Positions 48,077-58,175 of a DNA stretch of 64,000 bases are shown here, in pieces. Each line of letters starts with the position of its first letter. The stretch's first letter is position 1. The position numbers and the translations under genes were made by a program. Origin of the DNA: an uncultured Gemmatimonadales bacterium (GTDB lineage: Bacteria; Gemmatimonadota; Gemmatimonadetes; Gemmatimonadales; GWC2-71-9); NCBI GenBank assembly GCA_963730185.1, contig CAVSQW010000012.1, positions 128,001 to 192,000 of the forward strand, given 5' to 3'. Below the pieces are notes generated by a model, which worked only from the letters and a program-made list of their open reading frames with translations, had not been told where the DNA came from and made no database searches.

Positions 48077-49692
48077 CCGTCAGCGCGGGTCAGGACGAGC
48101 ACGACACTCGCCTTCGGGGCGAGGATTCCTGACCCGGTCACCCCGTCAAGCCGCCCGGCCTCGTCGACCTGCAGCTCGCCTCGAGACCCGTCCATCAGGT
48201 TCCGCGTCTGGTAGCGCCCCGGTCCAAGGGCCTCGGGCGCGGCTCTGACGGCCAGCGCGCCGCTGGCGCCCGGGGCCAGGTTGGCCACCACCAAGACCAG
48301 CTCGTCGTCGGCTCGCCGAAGATACGCGACCACCGATGAATCGCCGGTTGCGAGCGGAACGAGCCGACCGATCCCGAGGGCCGGCTCCGCCTTTCGGAGA
48401 TGGATGAGCCGCCGGTAGAGGTTCAGCAGCGACCCTGGATCGCCGTCCTCGGCCGCCACCGTCGTGGTGAACGAATCGGGCTGGGCGGCCTCCCAAGGCC
48501 TGCCCGAGGTAAACCCCAGGCCGGGCTCCGCCCGCCACTGCATCGGGGTCCGGAGCCGCTCGTCCGGCTTGTCGCCGGTCATCCCGATCTCCTCGCCGTA
48601 GTAGACGAAGGGAAGCCCCGGCAGCGTCAGGAGGATCACGGCTCCCAGCCGGGCGCTGGCCCAGTCGCCGCCGACCGCGGTGAGCGTTCGGGTCTGGTCG
48701 TGATTCCGGAGGAAGGGAGACCAGCGATAGGGCGGCAGGGTGTCCTGGAGCCGGAGAAACCCGGCCAGCAGATCGGTCGCGGAACCCCGCCGGAGCGCGG
48801 CGATCAGCGAGTCGGAGAGCGAGAAGGTGAAGTACGACGTGAGCTGGTCGGGATAGTACGGCAGTAGGGTGTCGATGCTCCCCCAGACCTCGCCGACGGT
48901 ATAGGTCCCCGGCCGGACCGACCGGAGGTGCGCCGCGTACTCTCGGAGAAAGGCGTGGGTGCCCTCGCAGCCCACCTGGCAGTCACCCTCCTCCACCAGA
49001 TACGGCACCGCGTCGAGCCGGAACCCGTCCACTCCCATCTCGGTCAGCCAGAAGGTCGCGATCTTGTTCGCCTCCTCGCGCACCGCCGGGGTGTGGTAGT
49101 CGAGGTCGGGCATGCCCTTCCAGAAGACGCCGTAGTAGTACTCGTCCCGGACCGGCGACTGGTGCCAGGCATCCATGCCCCAAGGCCCCTTGCCGGGCGG
49201 CTCGGGCGCGAAGCGATACCAGGAGCGATAGGGTGAGGTGGTGTCGTGGAGGGCGGCCTGGAACGCCGGCAGCCGGTCCGAGGTGTGGTTCAGCACCATG
49301 TCGACCAGCACCTCGATCCCCCGCCGGTGCGCCTCGGCCACCAGGCGCTTGAAGTCGGCGGCGGTGCCGTAGTCCGGCTCGACCCGGTAATAGTCGCTGA
49401 CGTCGTACCCGTGGTAGCTGGGCGACTCGGCCACCGGCATGAGCCAGAGGCACGACGCCCCGAGGTCGGTCGTCGTGGTCGAATCGCCGTCGTTGAGGTA
49501 ATCGAGGTGGGCGGTGAGCCCGTTCAGATCGCCGATGCCGTCGCCGTCGCTGTCGGCGAAGGAGCGGACGAACACCTCGTAGCAGGTGGCCCCCCGGGTC
49601 CAGGCGAAGTCGGCCGGCGGCGGCCGGTCCCCGGCGCGGCCGCACGCGGCAAGCGCCAACCCCACGGGGAGCCACCGCCGGGCCCGCCTCAT
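48064..49692 (-). CDS. GH13 alpha-amylase (SusG/GH13_36-like), lipoprotein
   Basis: Lipobox LAAC; YEVFVRSFADSDGDGIGDL, SPSYHGYDV, DMVLNH, MPDLDY, DGFRLDA, VGEVW, NHDQ, YYGEEIG, RTPMQW. Confidence 0.9.
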   Translation of the reverse strand: MRRARRWLPVGLALAACGRAGDRPPPADFAWTRGATCYEVFVRSFADSDGDGIGDLNGLTAHLDYLNDGDSTTTTDLGASCLWLMPVAESPSYHGYDVSDYYRVEPDYGTAADFKRLVAEAHRRGIEVLVDMVLNHTSDRLPAFQAALHDTTSPYRSWYRFAPEPPGKGPWGMDAWHQSPVRDEYYYGVFWKGMPDLDYHTPAVREEANKIATFWLTEMGVDGFRLDAVPYLVEEGDCQVGCEGTHAFLREYAAHLRSVRPGTYTVGEVWGSIDTLLPYYPDQLTSYFTFSLSDSLIAALRRGSATDLLAGFLRLQDTLPPYRWSPFLRNHDQTRTLTAVGGDWASARLGAVILLTLPGLPFVYYGEEIGMTGDKPDERLRTPMQWRAEPGLGFTSGRPWEAAQPDSFTTTVAAEDGDPGSLLNLYRRLIHLRKAEPALGIGRLVPLATGDSSVVAYLRRADDELVLVVANLAPGASGALAVRAAPEALGPGRYQTRNLMDGSRGELQVDEAGRLDGVTGSGILAPKASVVLVLTRADGQGR

Positions 49693-51269
49693 CGGCGAGT
49701 CGCCACGTCGACGGCCACCGCCGAGCGCGGCGCCAGGCTGACCGGCACCATCCCGGCGGCATCGACCGTGAGCTCGGTCCCGGCGCAGACCGAGCCCGCC
49801 AGGCCTCCGGTCAAGAGGTCGCAGTAGGCGCCCGGGGCGAGGCTTGTCGCGATCGACGCCGTCAGGGTCGAATCCTCGTTGTTGATCGCCACGAAGCCCT
49901 CGCTGCCCCGGGAAAAGGCGATGGCGTTGCTGCCGTCATCCCACCAGTTCTGGATCGCCGTGCCGGCCACCACGTGCCGGAAGCTCACCATCGTCGGATC
50001 GATGGGTCACGGTGCTCGCAGACCCACTCGCCGGGCACCGCCGTCTCGAGACTCGATCCGCAGACCAGGTCGTTGGTGTTGCCGGCCGCGTCGGACGGCG
50101 GCCCCAGTGAGTTCTGGGTCGGACACGAAAAGACGTAGCTCGAGAGGATCGACGGATAGCCGTACGGCTGGGCGAGCATCCAGACGTTGGCCAGCCGAAA
50201 CACGTTCCCGTTGCGGTAGCTCAGGCCGCAGTCGTGCTGGGTATCGTGGTTCTGGAGAAACACGACCGCTTTGTCGGACGGGATCAGCCCCCAGGCCGTC
50301 TCCGAAAACTGGCTCCCGGGCGGGCCGTTGGGGTCGAGCTGGGAGATGTGCTCGCCGTTCACGCCCCGGAACTTGTTCCCAATCCCGGTGAAGGTGAACT
50401 CGGTGACGTCGGCCGCCCCGCCCGAGGCGTAGCCTTCGCCGAAGTAGTCCCGGGGGCCAAGGGCCTCGCCGGGGCCGGTACTGACCTCCAGGAATACGTA
50501 GGGGATTGGCTTCCCCTCGGCTTCCAAGGTGTCGTTCACGAGCGAGAGAATGTCGTCCAGCTCCACCTGCTGGATGTGCTTGGCGGCATCGATCCGAAAC
50601 CCAGCCACGCCCATCCGGGCCAGCGACACCAGGTAGCCGGCGATCGTCTGCCGGACCGAGGCGAGCCCGGTGTTGAGGTCCGGCAGGGAAAGCAGCTCGC
50701 AGTCCTGCACGTTGGCGGCGTTGGTGTAGTCGTTCACCTGGCACGCCGGATGAAAGTCGGTCGGGGCGTAGAGGCCGGGGTAGTCGTACTTGGAGTAGGC
50801 CGTCCCGTTGCTCCCCACGCCCGGGCTGGGATAGTTGGTCATGTGGTTGATCACCGCGTCGACCAGGATGTCCACCCCGGCGGTCCGGCAGCGGGCGATC
50901 ATGCTCCGAGAACTCGTCTCCGGTCCCGGACCGGCTCCGTTCCACGCTGTAGCTCACCGGCTGGTAGCGTTCGCTCCAGTCGTGGGCCGGGACGATGCTG
51001 TGCTCCTCGGGCGGCGACACCTGGACCGCGCGGAAGCCGGCCGGTCCGAGCACCTGTTCACACTCGGTGGCGATGTCGCTCCACTTCCACTCGAAGAGGT
51101 GGACGACCACGTCGCCGGCGGCCATGTGGCCGCTCGGCCGATAGGCCGGCGCGAGGGTCGGCCGCGGGGTGGGGGGCGTGCTGGGGGGTGGGGTCGGCAG
51201 GGACCCGCTGCCGCAACCCGCCGTGAGCGCGACCAGGCCGGCGACGAGCTTCGGGAACAACGATCGCAT
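49689..51269 (-). CDS. GH13 alpha-amylase of the animal/actinobacterial type, lipoprotein; frameshifts near 50905 and 49990-50010
   Basis: Lipobox TAGC and Pro-rich linker; [81 protein letters not shown]; spread over three ORFs. Confidence 0.88.
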
Positions 51270-51360
51270 CCGGGAGGAACGACCCGTCAGAGTGGCAGTG
51301 AGCGCCGCCACCCGGAGGATGACGGCGCTCGACTGGATACCAGAACCACGTGCCGCGAGC

Positions 51361-52938
51361 TCAGTAACCCGGATTCTGAACCAGATTCGGGTTGGCCACG
51401 AGCTCGTTGGCCGGCAAGGGATAGAGATCGAGGTGGGCGTCCGTTCCGGTCCCGGCCTGCACGCCGCCCTTCCACTCCCAGATGTAGCTGCTCCCGGTGT
51501 AGAGGCCGTACCGGATCAGGTCGACCCGGCGGTGGCCCTCCCACATCAACTCCCGCCCGCGCTCCTGGAGGATGAACTCCGGGGTCAGCTGCGAATCGGT
51601 GATGTCGCCGGACGCCCCGCCGAAGGCCCGCTCGCGGATCGCGTTGACGTAGGACAGGGCCTGGGCCCGGCTCCCACCGCCTCCCCGGAGGACCGCCTCG
51701 GCGTACATCAGATAGGCGTCGGAAAGGCGGAACATCGGGAAGTCGGTGTCGACGTGGGTCGGGTGCGAGCCGGCCGCACCGGTCGAGGTTACGTTCGCGT
51801 ACTTCCCGAGGGCGATGCCGTCGTTGAAGTTGCTGATGCTGTTGACCGCCACCGACTGGCCGGCCGTGTAGAGGAAGTTGCCGCGCAGGTCGCCGGCGCC
51901 GTAGAGATTGTACGCCTCGGGCTTGAGCCGGATGCCCCACCAGCACCCGTCGATCCCGTAGTCGGTCGCGTTCATGCTGCCGCCGCACGCGGCGTGCACG
52001 ATGAAGGTCATCCCGCCCCAGGTCTGGGTCTTGAGCCCGTCCTGGGTGATCGCGAAGATGATCTCCGGCGAGGTGTTGTTGTCGGCCAGGAACATCCGCC
52101 GCCAGTTCGGATCGAGCGTATAGGGTCCGCCGATCACGGACTGGAGCTCGGTCACGGCCGCCGCGTAGTTGGCGGTGCCGGTGTAGACCTCGGCGTTCAT
52201 GTAGAGCTTGGCCAGGAGCATGTGGGCCGCGACCGTGTTGGCCCGTCCGTAGGTGGCGGCACCGGGCGCCGGGAGATCGCTCGCGACCGCCTGGAGCTCG
52301 CTCACGACGAAGTCGTAGATCTCCTGGCGGGTCGCCTGCTTCGGCGGGGTCGAGCCGAGGGCATCAGTTTCGGTGACCAGGGGGATGCTGCCGAAGAGAT
52401 CGATGCCGTGCCAGTAGCTGAGCGCCCGGAGGAAGCGCGCCTCGGCCCGGTACTGGGTGATCTGGGTCTTGAGGGCCGCGCTGGTCTGGCCTCGCTCGGC
52501 CAGCTTGGCGTCGGTGGTCTGCCGGAGGAACTCGTTGGCCATCCCAATCTGGAAATAGATCCGGTAGTACATCGCCACCACGAACGAGTTGGTGACGGCC
52601 CAGGTCTGGGTGTTCATCTCGGGAAGGCCCACGTCGCCCCACCCGATCACCGCCTCGTCGGTGGGCAGCTCTTCGGCCTCCCAGTACAAGCGGAGATACT
52701 GCGAGAACCCTTCGTCGATGCCCTGAATGTCGGGGCGGCCGGCCGGACCCTGTTCGCCGCTCACCGCCAGGCCCGCGTAGACCTTGGCAATGAAGGCCGT
52801 GTAGGAGCTCGGATCGGTGAAGACGTTGGCCTCGGTCACGGTACTCTTCGGCTCGACCGTGAGGTCGGTGCACGCGGTCACGCCGAGGAGCAACACGCCT
52901 CCGAGCGCCGCGAGCCACTTGCTGGTTCTGGAATTCAT
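51361..52938 (-). CDS. susD: RagB/SusD family outer-membrane lipoprotein (starch-type)
   Basis: Lipobox [66 protein letters not shown]-terminal QNPGY. Confidence 0.92.
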   Translation of the reverse strand: MNSRTSKWLAALGGVLLLGVTACTDLTVEPKSTVTEANVFTDPSSYTAFIAKVYAGLAVSGEQGPAGRPDIQGIDEGFSQYLRLYWEAEELPTDEAVIGWGDVGLPEMNTQTWAVTNSFVVAMYYRIYFQIGMANEFLRQTTDAKLAERGQTSAALKTQITQYRAEARFLRALSYWHGIDLFGSIPLVTETDALGSTPPKQATRQEIYDFVVSELQAVASDLPAPGAATYGRANTVAAHMLLAKLYMNAEVYTGTANYAAAVTELQSVIGGPYTLDPNWRRMFLADNNTSPEIIFAITQDGLKTQTWGGMTFIVHAACGGSMNATDYGIDGCWWGIRLKPEAYNLYGAGDLRGNFLYTAGQSVAVNSISNFNDGIALGKYANVTSTGAAGSHPTHVDTDFPMFRLSDAYLMYAEAVLRGGGGSRAQALSYVNAIRERAFGGASGDITDSQLTPEFILQERGRELMWEGHRRVDLIRYGLYTGSSYIWEWKGGVQAGTGTDAHLDLYPLPANELVANPNLVQNPGY

Positions 52939-52975
52939 ATCGTCATCCCTTCCTGGATGAGTTCCTGGCGACGCA

Positions 52976-55960
52976 TTAGTACCGGAGGCTCAGGCCGCCA
53001 GTGAACGTCCGAGCGCGCGGGTAGATGTTGTTGTCGAGACCGTTGAGGCCGGCCGTCGGATCGACGCCGCTGTAGCCCGTGATCGTGAACGCGTTCTGCA
53101 GAGTCGCGAACACCCGGACCGGCTGCCGTCCGTACTTGAAGGTGTAGCCGACGGACACGTTGTCGAGCCGGAGGAACGAGCCGCTCTCCACGTAGTAGCT
53201 CGAGAGGTACTGGGGCGTCTCGAAGCCGGTCTGGAGCACGGAGGCGTGGAGGTTGTAGGGCGAGGCCCGGGTTACCTCGGAGTAGGTCCCCAGGTTCGAG
53301 GCCACGTTGTTGTAGACGTAAGCGCCCAAATAGGACCGGAGCGTGAAGCTCATGTCGAAGTCGCCGTAGCTCAGATACGACGAGTGGCCGAGGATCCACT
53401 TCGGCGCCGGGTCGTGGAAGGGCACCCGGTCGTCCTGGTTGATCTTGCCGTCGCCGTTCACGTCCTGGTACATGTCCATGTCGTTCGAGGAATAGATCGG
53501 CTTGCCGTTCGCGTCGAGCTTGTGCTTGTAGACGTAGAACGAGTTGACCGGCACGCCCGGCTGCAGGACCTGGATGAAGGTGCCGACGCCGCCGGACACC
53601 AGCCCGGTCAGGATCTGCTGCGTCCCCCCGCCGAACGGGTTGATCGACACCAGCTCATTGGTGTTGTGGGAGATCGAGAAGTTGGTGTTCCAGCTCAGAC
53701 CCTTGCGGGCGCTGCCTTCGAGGATCAGGGCATTGATCCCGAGCTCGACCCCGTGATTCTTCATGCTGCCGATATTGGTGGTGAGGTAGTTCGACAGGTT
53801 GGTGCCCGCGGCCACCGGCACGGTGAAGATCAGGTCGCGGGTGTTCTTGGTGTAGTAGTCGAAGCTGCCGGTGATTCGCTGGTCGAAGAGCCCGAAGTCG
53901 AGCCCGACGTCGTAGGACCGGGTCTCCTCCCACCGGATGTTCGGATCGACCGCGCTCGGCCGGATGGTGGCCACGTAGCCGTTGCCGAACTGGACCTGCG
54001 ACTGGGCGTCGCCCAGCACGTAGGCGGCGTACTGCTGGTAGTTGCCGAACGCCTGGTTGCCGGTCTTGGCCCACGAGGCCCGGAGCTTGAGGTCCGAGAT
54101 CGCGGAGACGTCCTTCATGAAGGACTCCTGCGAGATCCGCCAGCCCGCCGACACCGACGGGAAGGTGCCCCACTGGTGCCCGGTGCCGAACCGGGAGGAG
54201 CCGTCGCGCCGGACGCTGAAGCCGAGCAGGTACCGGTCGTTGTAGTTGTAGTTGACCCGGCCGAAGAAGGAGACCAGCCGGCTCTCCTGAATGTCCTGGA
54301 AGTTTTGGGTCGACCGGGCCGAGACGACGCCGTTGCCGCCCAGGACGTCCGTGGTGAGGCCCGTCGCCTGGTACCAGGGATACTCGGCGTGTGACCACTG
54401 GTACGAATAGCCGCCGGTCACGTCGACGGTGCCGGGGACCAGGTTGAGCGGCGCCCCGTACTTGAGGTAAGTCTCGAGGCCGGTGTTGGATTGGCTCTGG
54501 TTGGCGCGATAGTCGCGGCCGCCCTCACCGCTCTTGAGCTCGCTGTGGAGATCGCTGGGCACGAACGTCTGCCGGTCGGTGCGGGTGACGTCGTACGAGA
54601 GATTCGCGACCGCCCGGAGGCCTTCGATCCGGGGCACCCGGTACTCGGCCTGCACGTTGCCGATGCTCCGGTAGGTGATGCCCCGGTCGCTCGCCAGGTT
54701 CAGGATGGCCACCGGGTTGTCGGCCGACTGGAGGGCGTTGTTGGGCCAGTCGTAATACCCGGTCGTGGTCGCGTTGTCGTAGATCGGCTGGGTCGGCCCC
54801 ATCTGGGCCGCGTTCGAGAGCACCCCGCCTGGCGTGAACAGGTCCTTGGCCCGCGACCCCTTGAGGTAGGCGCGGACGTCCAGCCGGTTGTGGAACAGGC
54901 GCTGTGCCAAGTTGGCGCCGAGTGAAACCCGTTCCGTCGTGGTGCCTTTGAGAATGCCGTCCTGCTTGAGATAGCCGCCCGAGAGCCGCCAGCTCATCTG
55001 GTCGTCGGCCCCCGAGACCGCCAGGTTGTGCTCCTGGCCGAAGGCCGTCCGGTCCACCTGGCCGAACCAGTCGGTGTTGGCCGTCCCGAGCTGGCTCACG
55101 TTCTGGGGAGCGTACTGCTGGACCGCGGTCTTGAACTGCACCGCGGTCAGCATCGAGGGCAGCCGGGTGACCGAGGAGCTCGAGAACGTGCTGCTGTACT
55201 CGAGCTGCGTGCCCTTCTTGCCCGATTTGGTCTGGATCAGCACCACTCCGTTGGCCGCGTTGGATCCGTAGATCGCCGCGGCCGAGGCGTCCTTCAACAC
55301 CGTGATGTTCTCGATGTCGTTCGGATTGAGGAAGTTGAGCGGGTTCCGGCCGGCCGAGAGGCCGCCGCCGGCACCGGTCCCCACCGGCACGCCGTCGATC
55401 ACGAAGAGCGGATCACTGCTGGCGTTGACCGAGGTCGGGCCCCGGATCCGGATCGAGACCCCACCGCCGGGCTCGTTGTTGTCGACCACCTGAACGCCGG
55501 CGACCTTGCTCTTGATCAGCTCTTCAGGACTGATGACCCGGCCCTTGTTGAATTCATTGGCGGTCACCTGGGTCACGGCGCCGGTGATGTTGCCGGCCCG
55601 CTGCTCGCCATAGCCGGTCACCACGATCTCGGCCAGGTTCACGGCCCGCGCCGTCAGCGTCACGTCGACGTCGACGGTCTGCCCCGCGGCCACGGTCACG
55701 GACCGGGCGGCCGGCGTGTAGCCGATCAGGACCACCCGCAATGTCCCGGTGCCGGGCTCGACGTCGGACAGCACGTACTGACCGTCCTCACGGGTTTCGG
55801 TTCGGTGGGATCCGAACGAGACGGTGACGCCTGCCAGCGGTCGAGCAACCGAGTCGGTCGTGACTCGCCCCCGGATGGTGCCCGTCGGCGCTTGTGCGGC
55901 CATCGGTGCGACCCATCCGAGGGTGAGGAGCACGCCGATGCCATACCGGAGCGGTCTCAT
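52976..55960 (-). CDS. susC: SusC/RagA family TonB-dependent transporter
   Basis: EIVVTGYG, IRIRG, PLFVIDGVP, LNPNDIENITVLKDASAAAIYGSNAANGVVLI, RRDGSSRF, WEET, SFLRLDN, YPRARTF..Y; GAGAGG RBS before ATG 55960. Confidence 0.95.
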   Translation of the reverse strand: MRPLRYGIGVLLTLGWVAPMAAQAPTGTIRGRVTTDSVARPLAGVTVSFGSHRTETREDGQYVLSDVEPGTGTLRVVLIGYTPAARSVTVAAGQTVDVDVTLTARAVNLAEIVVTGYGEQRAGNITGAVTQVTANEFNKGRVISPEELIKSKVAGVQVVDNNEPGGGVSIRIRGPTSVNASSDPLFVIDGVPVGTGAGGGLSAGRNPLNFLNPNDIENITVLKDASAAAIYGSNAANGVVLIQTKSGKKGTQLEYSSTFSSSSVTRLPSMLTAVQFKTAVQQYAPQNVSQLGTANTDWFGQVDRTAFGQEHNLAVSGADDQMSWRLSGGYLKQDGILKGTTTERVSLGANLAQRLFHNRLDVRAYLKGSRAKDLFTPGGVLSNAAQMGPTQPIYDNATTTGYYDWPNNALQSADNPVAILNLASDRGITYRSIGNVQAEYRVPRIEGLRAVANLSYDVTRTDRQTFVPSDLHSELKSGEGGRDYRANQSQSNTGLETYLKYGAPLNLVPGTVDVTGGYSYQWSHAEYPWYQATGLTTDVLGGNGVVSARSTQNFQDIQESRLVSFFGRVNYNYNDRYLLGFSVRRDGSSRFGTGHQWGTFPSVSAGWRISQESFMKDVSAISDLKLRASWAKTGNQAFGNYQQYAAYVLGDAQSQVQFGNGYVATIRPSAVDPNIRWEETRSYDVGLDFGLFDQRITGSFDYYTKNTRDLIFTVPVAAGTNLSNYLTTNIGSMKNHGVELGINALILEGSARKGLSWNTNFSISHNTNELVSINPFGGGTQQILTGLVSGGVGTFIQVLQPGVPVNSFYVYKHKLDANGKPIYSSNDMDMYQDVNGDGKINQDDRVPFHDPAPKWILGHSSYLSYGDFDMSFTLRSYLGAYVYNNVASNLGTYSEVTRASPYNLHASVLQTGFETPQYLSSYYVESGSFLRLDNVSVGYTFKYGRQPVRVFATLQNAFTITGYSGVDPTAGLNGLDNNIYPRARTFTGGLSLRY

Positions 55961-56131
55961 ATGCCTCTCGATGCGAGTTAGAAGGGGAAGCTTGCGACGA
56001 AGGGCGGCGCGGGGATATGAACCCAGTGTGAAGATTCCTAGTGGAACTGACACGCGCCGACTCCGCAAGGCACCGCAGACGTGACGAGACCTTCGCTAAC
56101 GGGTCGTAGCGCGATCGTCGCCGGGGGGTTA

Positions 56132-56173
56132 CTTGATCGTCAAGAGTATGGATTCCGGAGCGGAATCCGTCAA
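56132..56173 (-). promoter_or_regulatory. Sigma70-like promoter of the susC operon (TTGACG-N17-CATACT) with two palindromes
   Basis: GGATTCCG-gag-CGGAATCC (56150-56168) fills the spacer; CTTGA-tcg-TCAAG (56132-56144) lies at the predicted +1. Confidence 0.7.
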
Positions 56174-56328
56174 GAGAGGGCGCCCGGCATCTCGTCGAGG
56201 AATGGGCCGGACGCGAGCGTGGCCCTGGCAGGCCCGAGGCGAGGTTTGGCCTCCTGCTGCGAGAGCCACGCCGCCCTATTATTATCGCCCGGCCAGTCCC
56301 CGATTCCTCTGGACCACACTCGGACCCC

Positions 56329-57819
56329 ATGACCTTCCCCCGATCGGCGGGCATCCTGCTCCATCCCACCTCCCTGCCGGGACGGGACGGGATCGGCGAC
56401 CTGGGCCCGGAAGCGCACGCCTTCGTCTCGTTTCTGGCCGGGACCGGCATGACCATCTGGCAGGTGCTGCCCCTCGGTCCGACCGGTTATGGCGACTCGC
56501 CCTACCAGTGCTTCTCCGCCTTCGCGGGGAGCCCGCTGCTGATCCACGTCCCCGACGGGGGGGGCGATTTCCCGGCCGCCGCGGTCGACTACGGCCGGGT
56601 CATTCCCCACAAGCAGGCCCTCCTCCGCCGGGCCACGGCGGCCTTGGTCCCCGACGAGAGCTACCGCGCCTTCGTCGCCGGCCAGGCCTGGTGGCTCGAG
56701 GACTACGCCCTGTTCATGGCGCTCAAGCAGGCCCATGGCGGCGTTGCCTGGCCGGAGTGGGAACCCGGCGCGGCGCTCCGTCAGCCCGACGCCCTGGACC
56801 GGTGGCGCGAGCGCCTGGCCAGCGAGATCGAGCACTTCCGGCGCGAACAGGCCCTCTTCCATTCGCAGTTCCAGGCGCTCCGGCAGGCCTGCCGGGAGCG
56901 CGGCATCCGGTTGATGGGCGACGTCCCCATCTACGTAGCGCACGACTCGGCCGACGTCTGGGCCAATCCTTCCCTTTTCAAGCTCGACGAGGGGGGACGA
57001 CCTCTGGTACAGGCCGGCGTGCCGCCCGACTACTTCAGCGCGACCGGCCAACTCTGGGGCAACCCGATCTACGATTGGGATGCCATCCGGTCCGATGGGT
57101 ACGCCTGGTGGATCCGGCGAATGCGGAGCGCGCTGGCGACGTTCGACCTGGTCCGGGTCGATCACTTCCGCGGCTTCGAAGCGTTCTGGGAAGTGCCGGG
57201 CGACGAACCGACTGCCGTGAACGGCCGCTGGGTCGACGGCCCGGGCGCCGACCTCTTCGACGCCATCACCGAGGCCCTCGGGCCCCTCCCCATCGTGGCC
57301 GAGAACCTCGGGGTGATCACCCCGGCGGTCGAAGCGCTTCGCGAGCGGTTCGGCTACCCCGGAATGAGCATCCTCCAGTTCGCCTTCGGCGCCGACCGCC
57401 AGGCCAACACCTTCCTCCCCCACACCTACCCCCGGGAGCGGGTGGTCTACACCGGCACCCACGACAACGACACCACCGTCGGCTGGTGGACCTCCACCGG
57501 CGCCGGCGACTCGACCCGAAGCGCCGACGATGTCGCCCGGGAACACGAGCACGCCTTGGCCTACCTCGCCGCCGACGGGCGCGAGATGAACTGGACCCTG
57601 ATCCGGGCGGCGCTCGCCTCCGTCGCCAACACCGCCCTGATCCCGATGCAGGACGTGCTCGGCCTCGGCAGCGAAGCCCGCATGAACCTGCCCGGGCGGC
57701 AGGCCGGGAACTGGGCCTTCCGCTTCTCCTGGGATCAAGTCACCCCCGAGATCGCGGCCCGGCTTCAGGAGATGGTAGACCTCTACGACCGGCGGCCGCC
57801 GCCCGACCAGACCACTTGA
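56329..57819 (+). CDS. malQ: 4-alpha-glucanotransferase (amylomaltase, GH77)
   Basis: GILLHPTSLP, WQVLPLGPT, SPYQ, GDVPIYV, GVPPDYFSATGQLWGNP, RVDHFRGF, AENLG, YTGTHDNDT, RMNLPG. Confidence 0.95.
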   Translation: MTFPRSAGILLHPTSLPGRDGIGDLGPEAHAFVSFLAGTGMTIWQVLPLGPTGYGDSPYQCFSAFAGSPLLIHVPDGGGDFPAAAVDYGRVIPHKQALLRRATAALVPDESYRAFVAGQAWWLEDYALFMALKQAHGGVAWPEWEPGAALRQPDALDRWRERLASEIEHFRREQALFHSQFQALRQACRERGIRLMGDVPIYVAHDSADVWANPSLFKLDEGGRPLVQAGVPPDYFSATGQLWGNPIYDWDAIRSDGYAWWIRRMRSALATFDLVRVDHFRGFEAFWEVPGDEPTAVNGRWVDGPGADLFDAITEALGPLPIVAENLGVITPAVEALRERFGYPGMSILQFAFGADRQANTFLPHTYPRERVVYTGTHDNDTTVGWWTSTGAGDSTRSADDVAREHEHALAYLAADGREMNWTLIRAALASVANTALIPMQDVLGLGSEARMNLPGRQAGNWAFRFSWDQVTPEIAARLQEMVDLYDRRPPPDQTT

Positions 57820-57890
57820 CGGTCACACCTGGCGCCGTACCGGGAACCCGGTGTCGGCGGGCTCACCGGCGTGGAGCCAGCATCTGATCA

Positions 57891-58052
57891 CAGCAGCAGG
57901 CAACAACCACAAACCACAAACCACAACAGTCTTACCGCCGAGAGCGCGGAGGACGCAGAGGGAACGAACCTCCGCTCCGCGTCCTCCGCGACCTCTGCGG
58001 TAGAGCTGTTGTTGTTGGTTGTTGGTTGTTGGCTGGTGGTGGTGGTGGTGTG
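57891..58052. repeat. Long REP-like imperfect inverted repeat with heptamer/trinucleotide simple-repeat arms
   Basis: Core TACCGCcGAGagCGCGGAGGACGCaGAG (57933-57960) pairs with CTCcGCGTCCTCCGCGacCTCtGCGGTA (57975-58002); flanked by AACCACA repeats on the left and TTGTTGG/GGT repeats on the right. Confidence 0.8.
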
Positions 58053-58121
58053 GCTCGAGCTTCCCGGCCAACGGCGGCGGCGAGCACGGCGCGTCGGTCG
58101 AGCCTGGAGACACTCGTCGCC

Positions 58122-58157
58122 TTGACCCGATCAAACAGCCGTTTTATACATCTGTTT
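58122..58157 (+). promoter_or_regulatory. Candidate promoter and TetR-type operator(s) of the efflux operon
   Basis: TTGACC at 58122 and an AT-rich -10 region; AAAC-N4-GTTT (58133-58144) plus a degenerate second copy ATAC-N4-GTTT. Confidence 0.5.
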
Positions 58158-58175
58158 CAGCGACGGAGGCTCCCC

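Noticed and set aside
57823..58134. ORFs 57823..58134 (-) and 57871..58125 (+)
   Set aside because: Low-complexity translations of the repeat hairpin (poly-H/Q/V).
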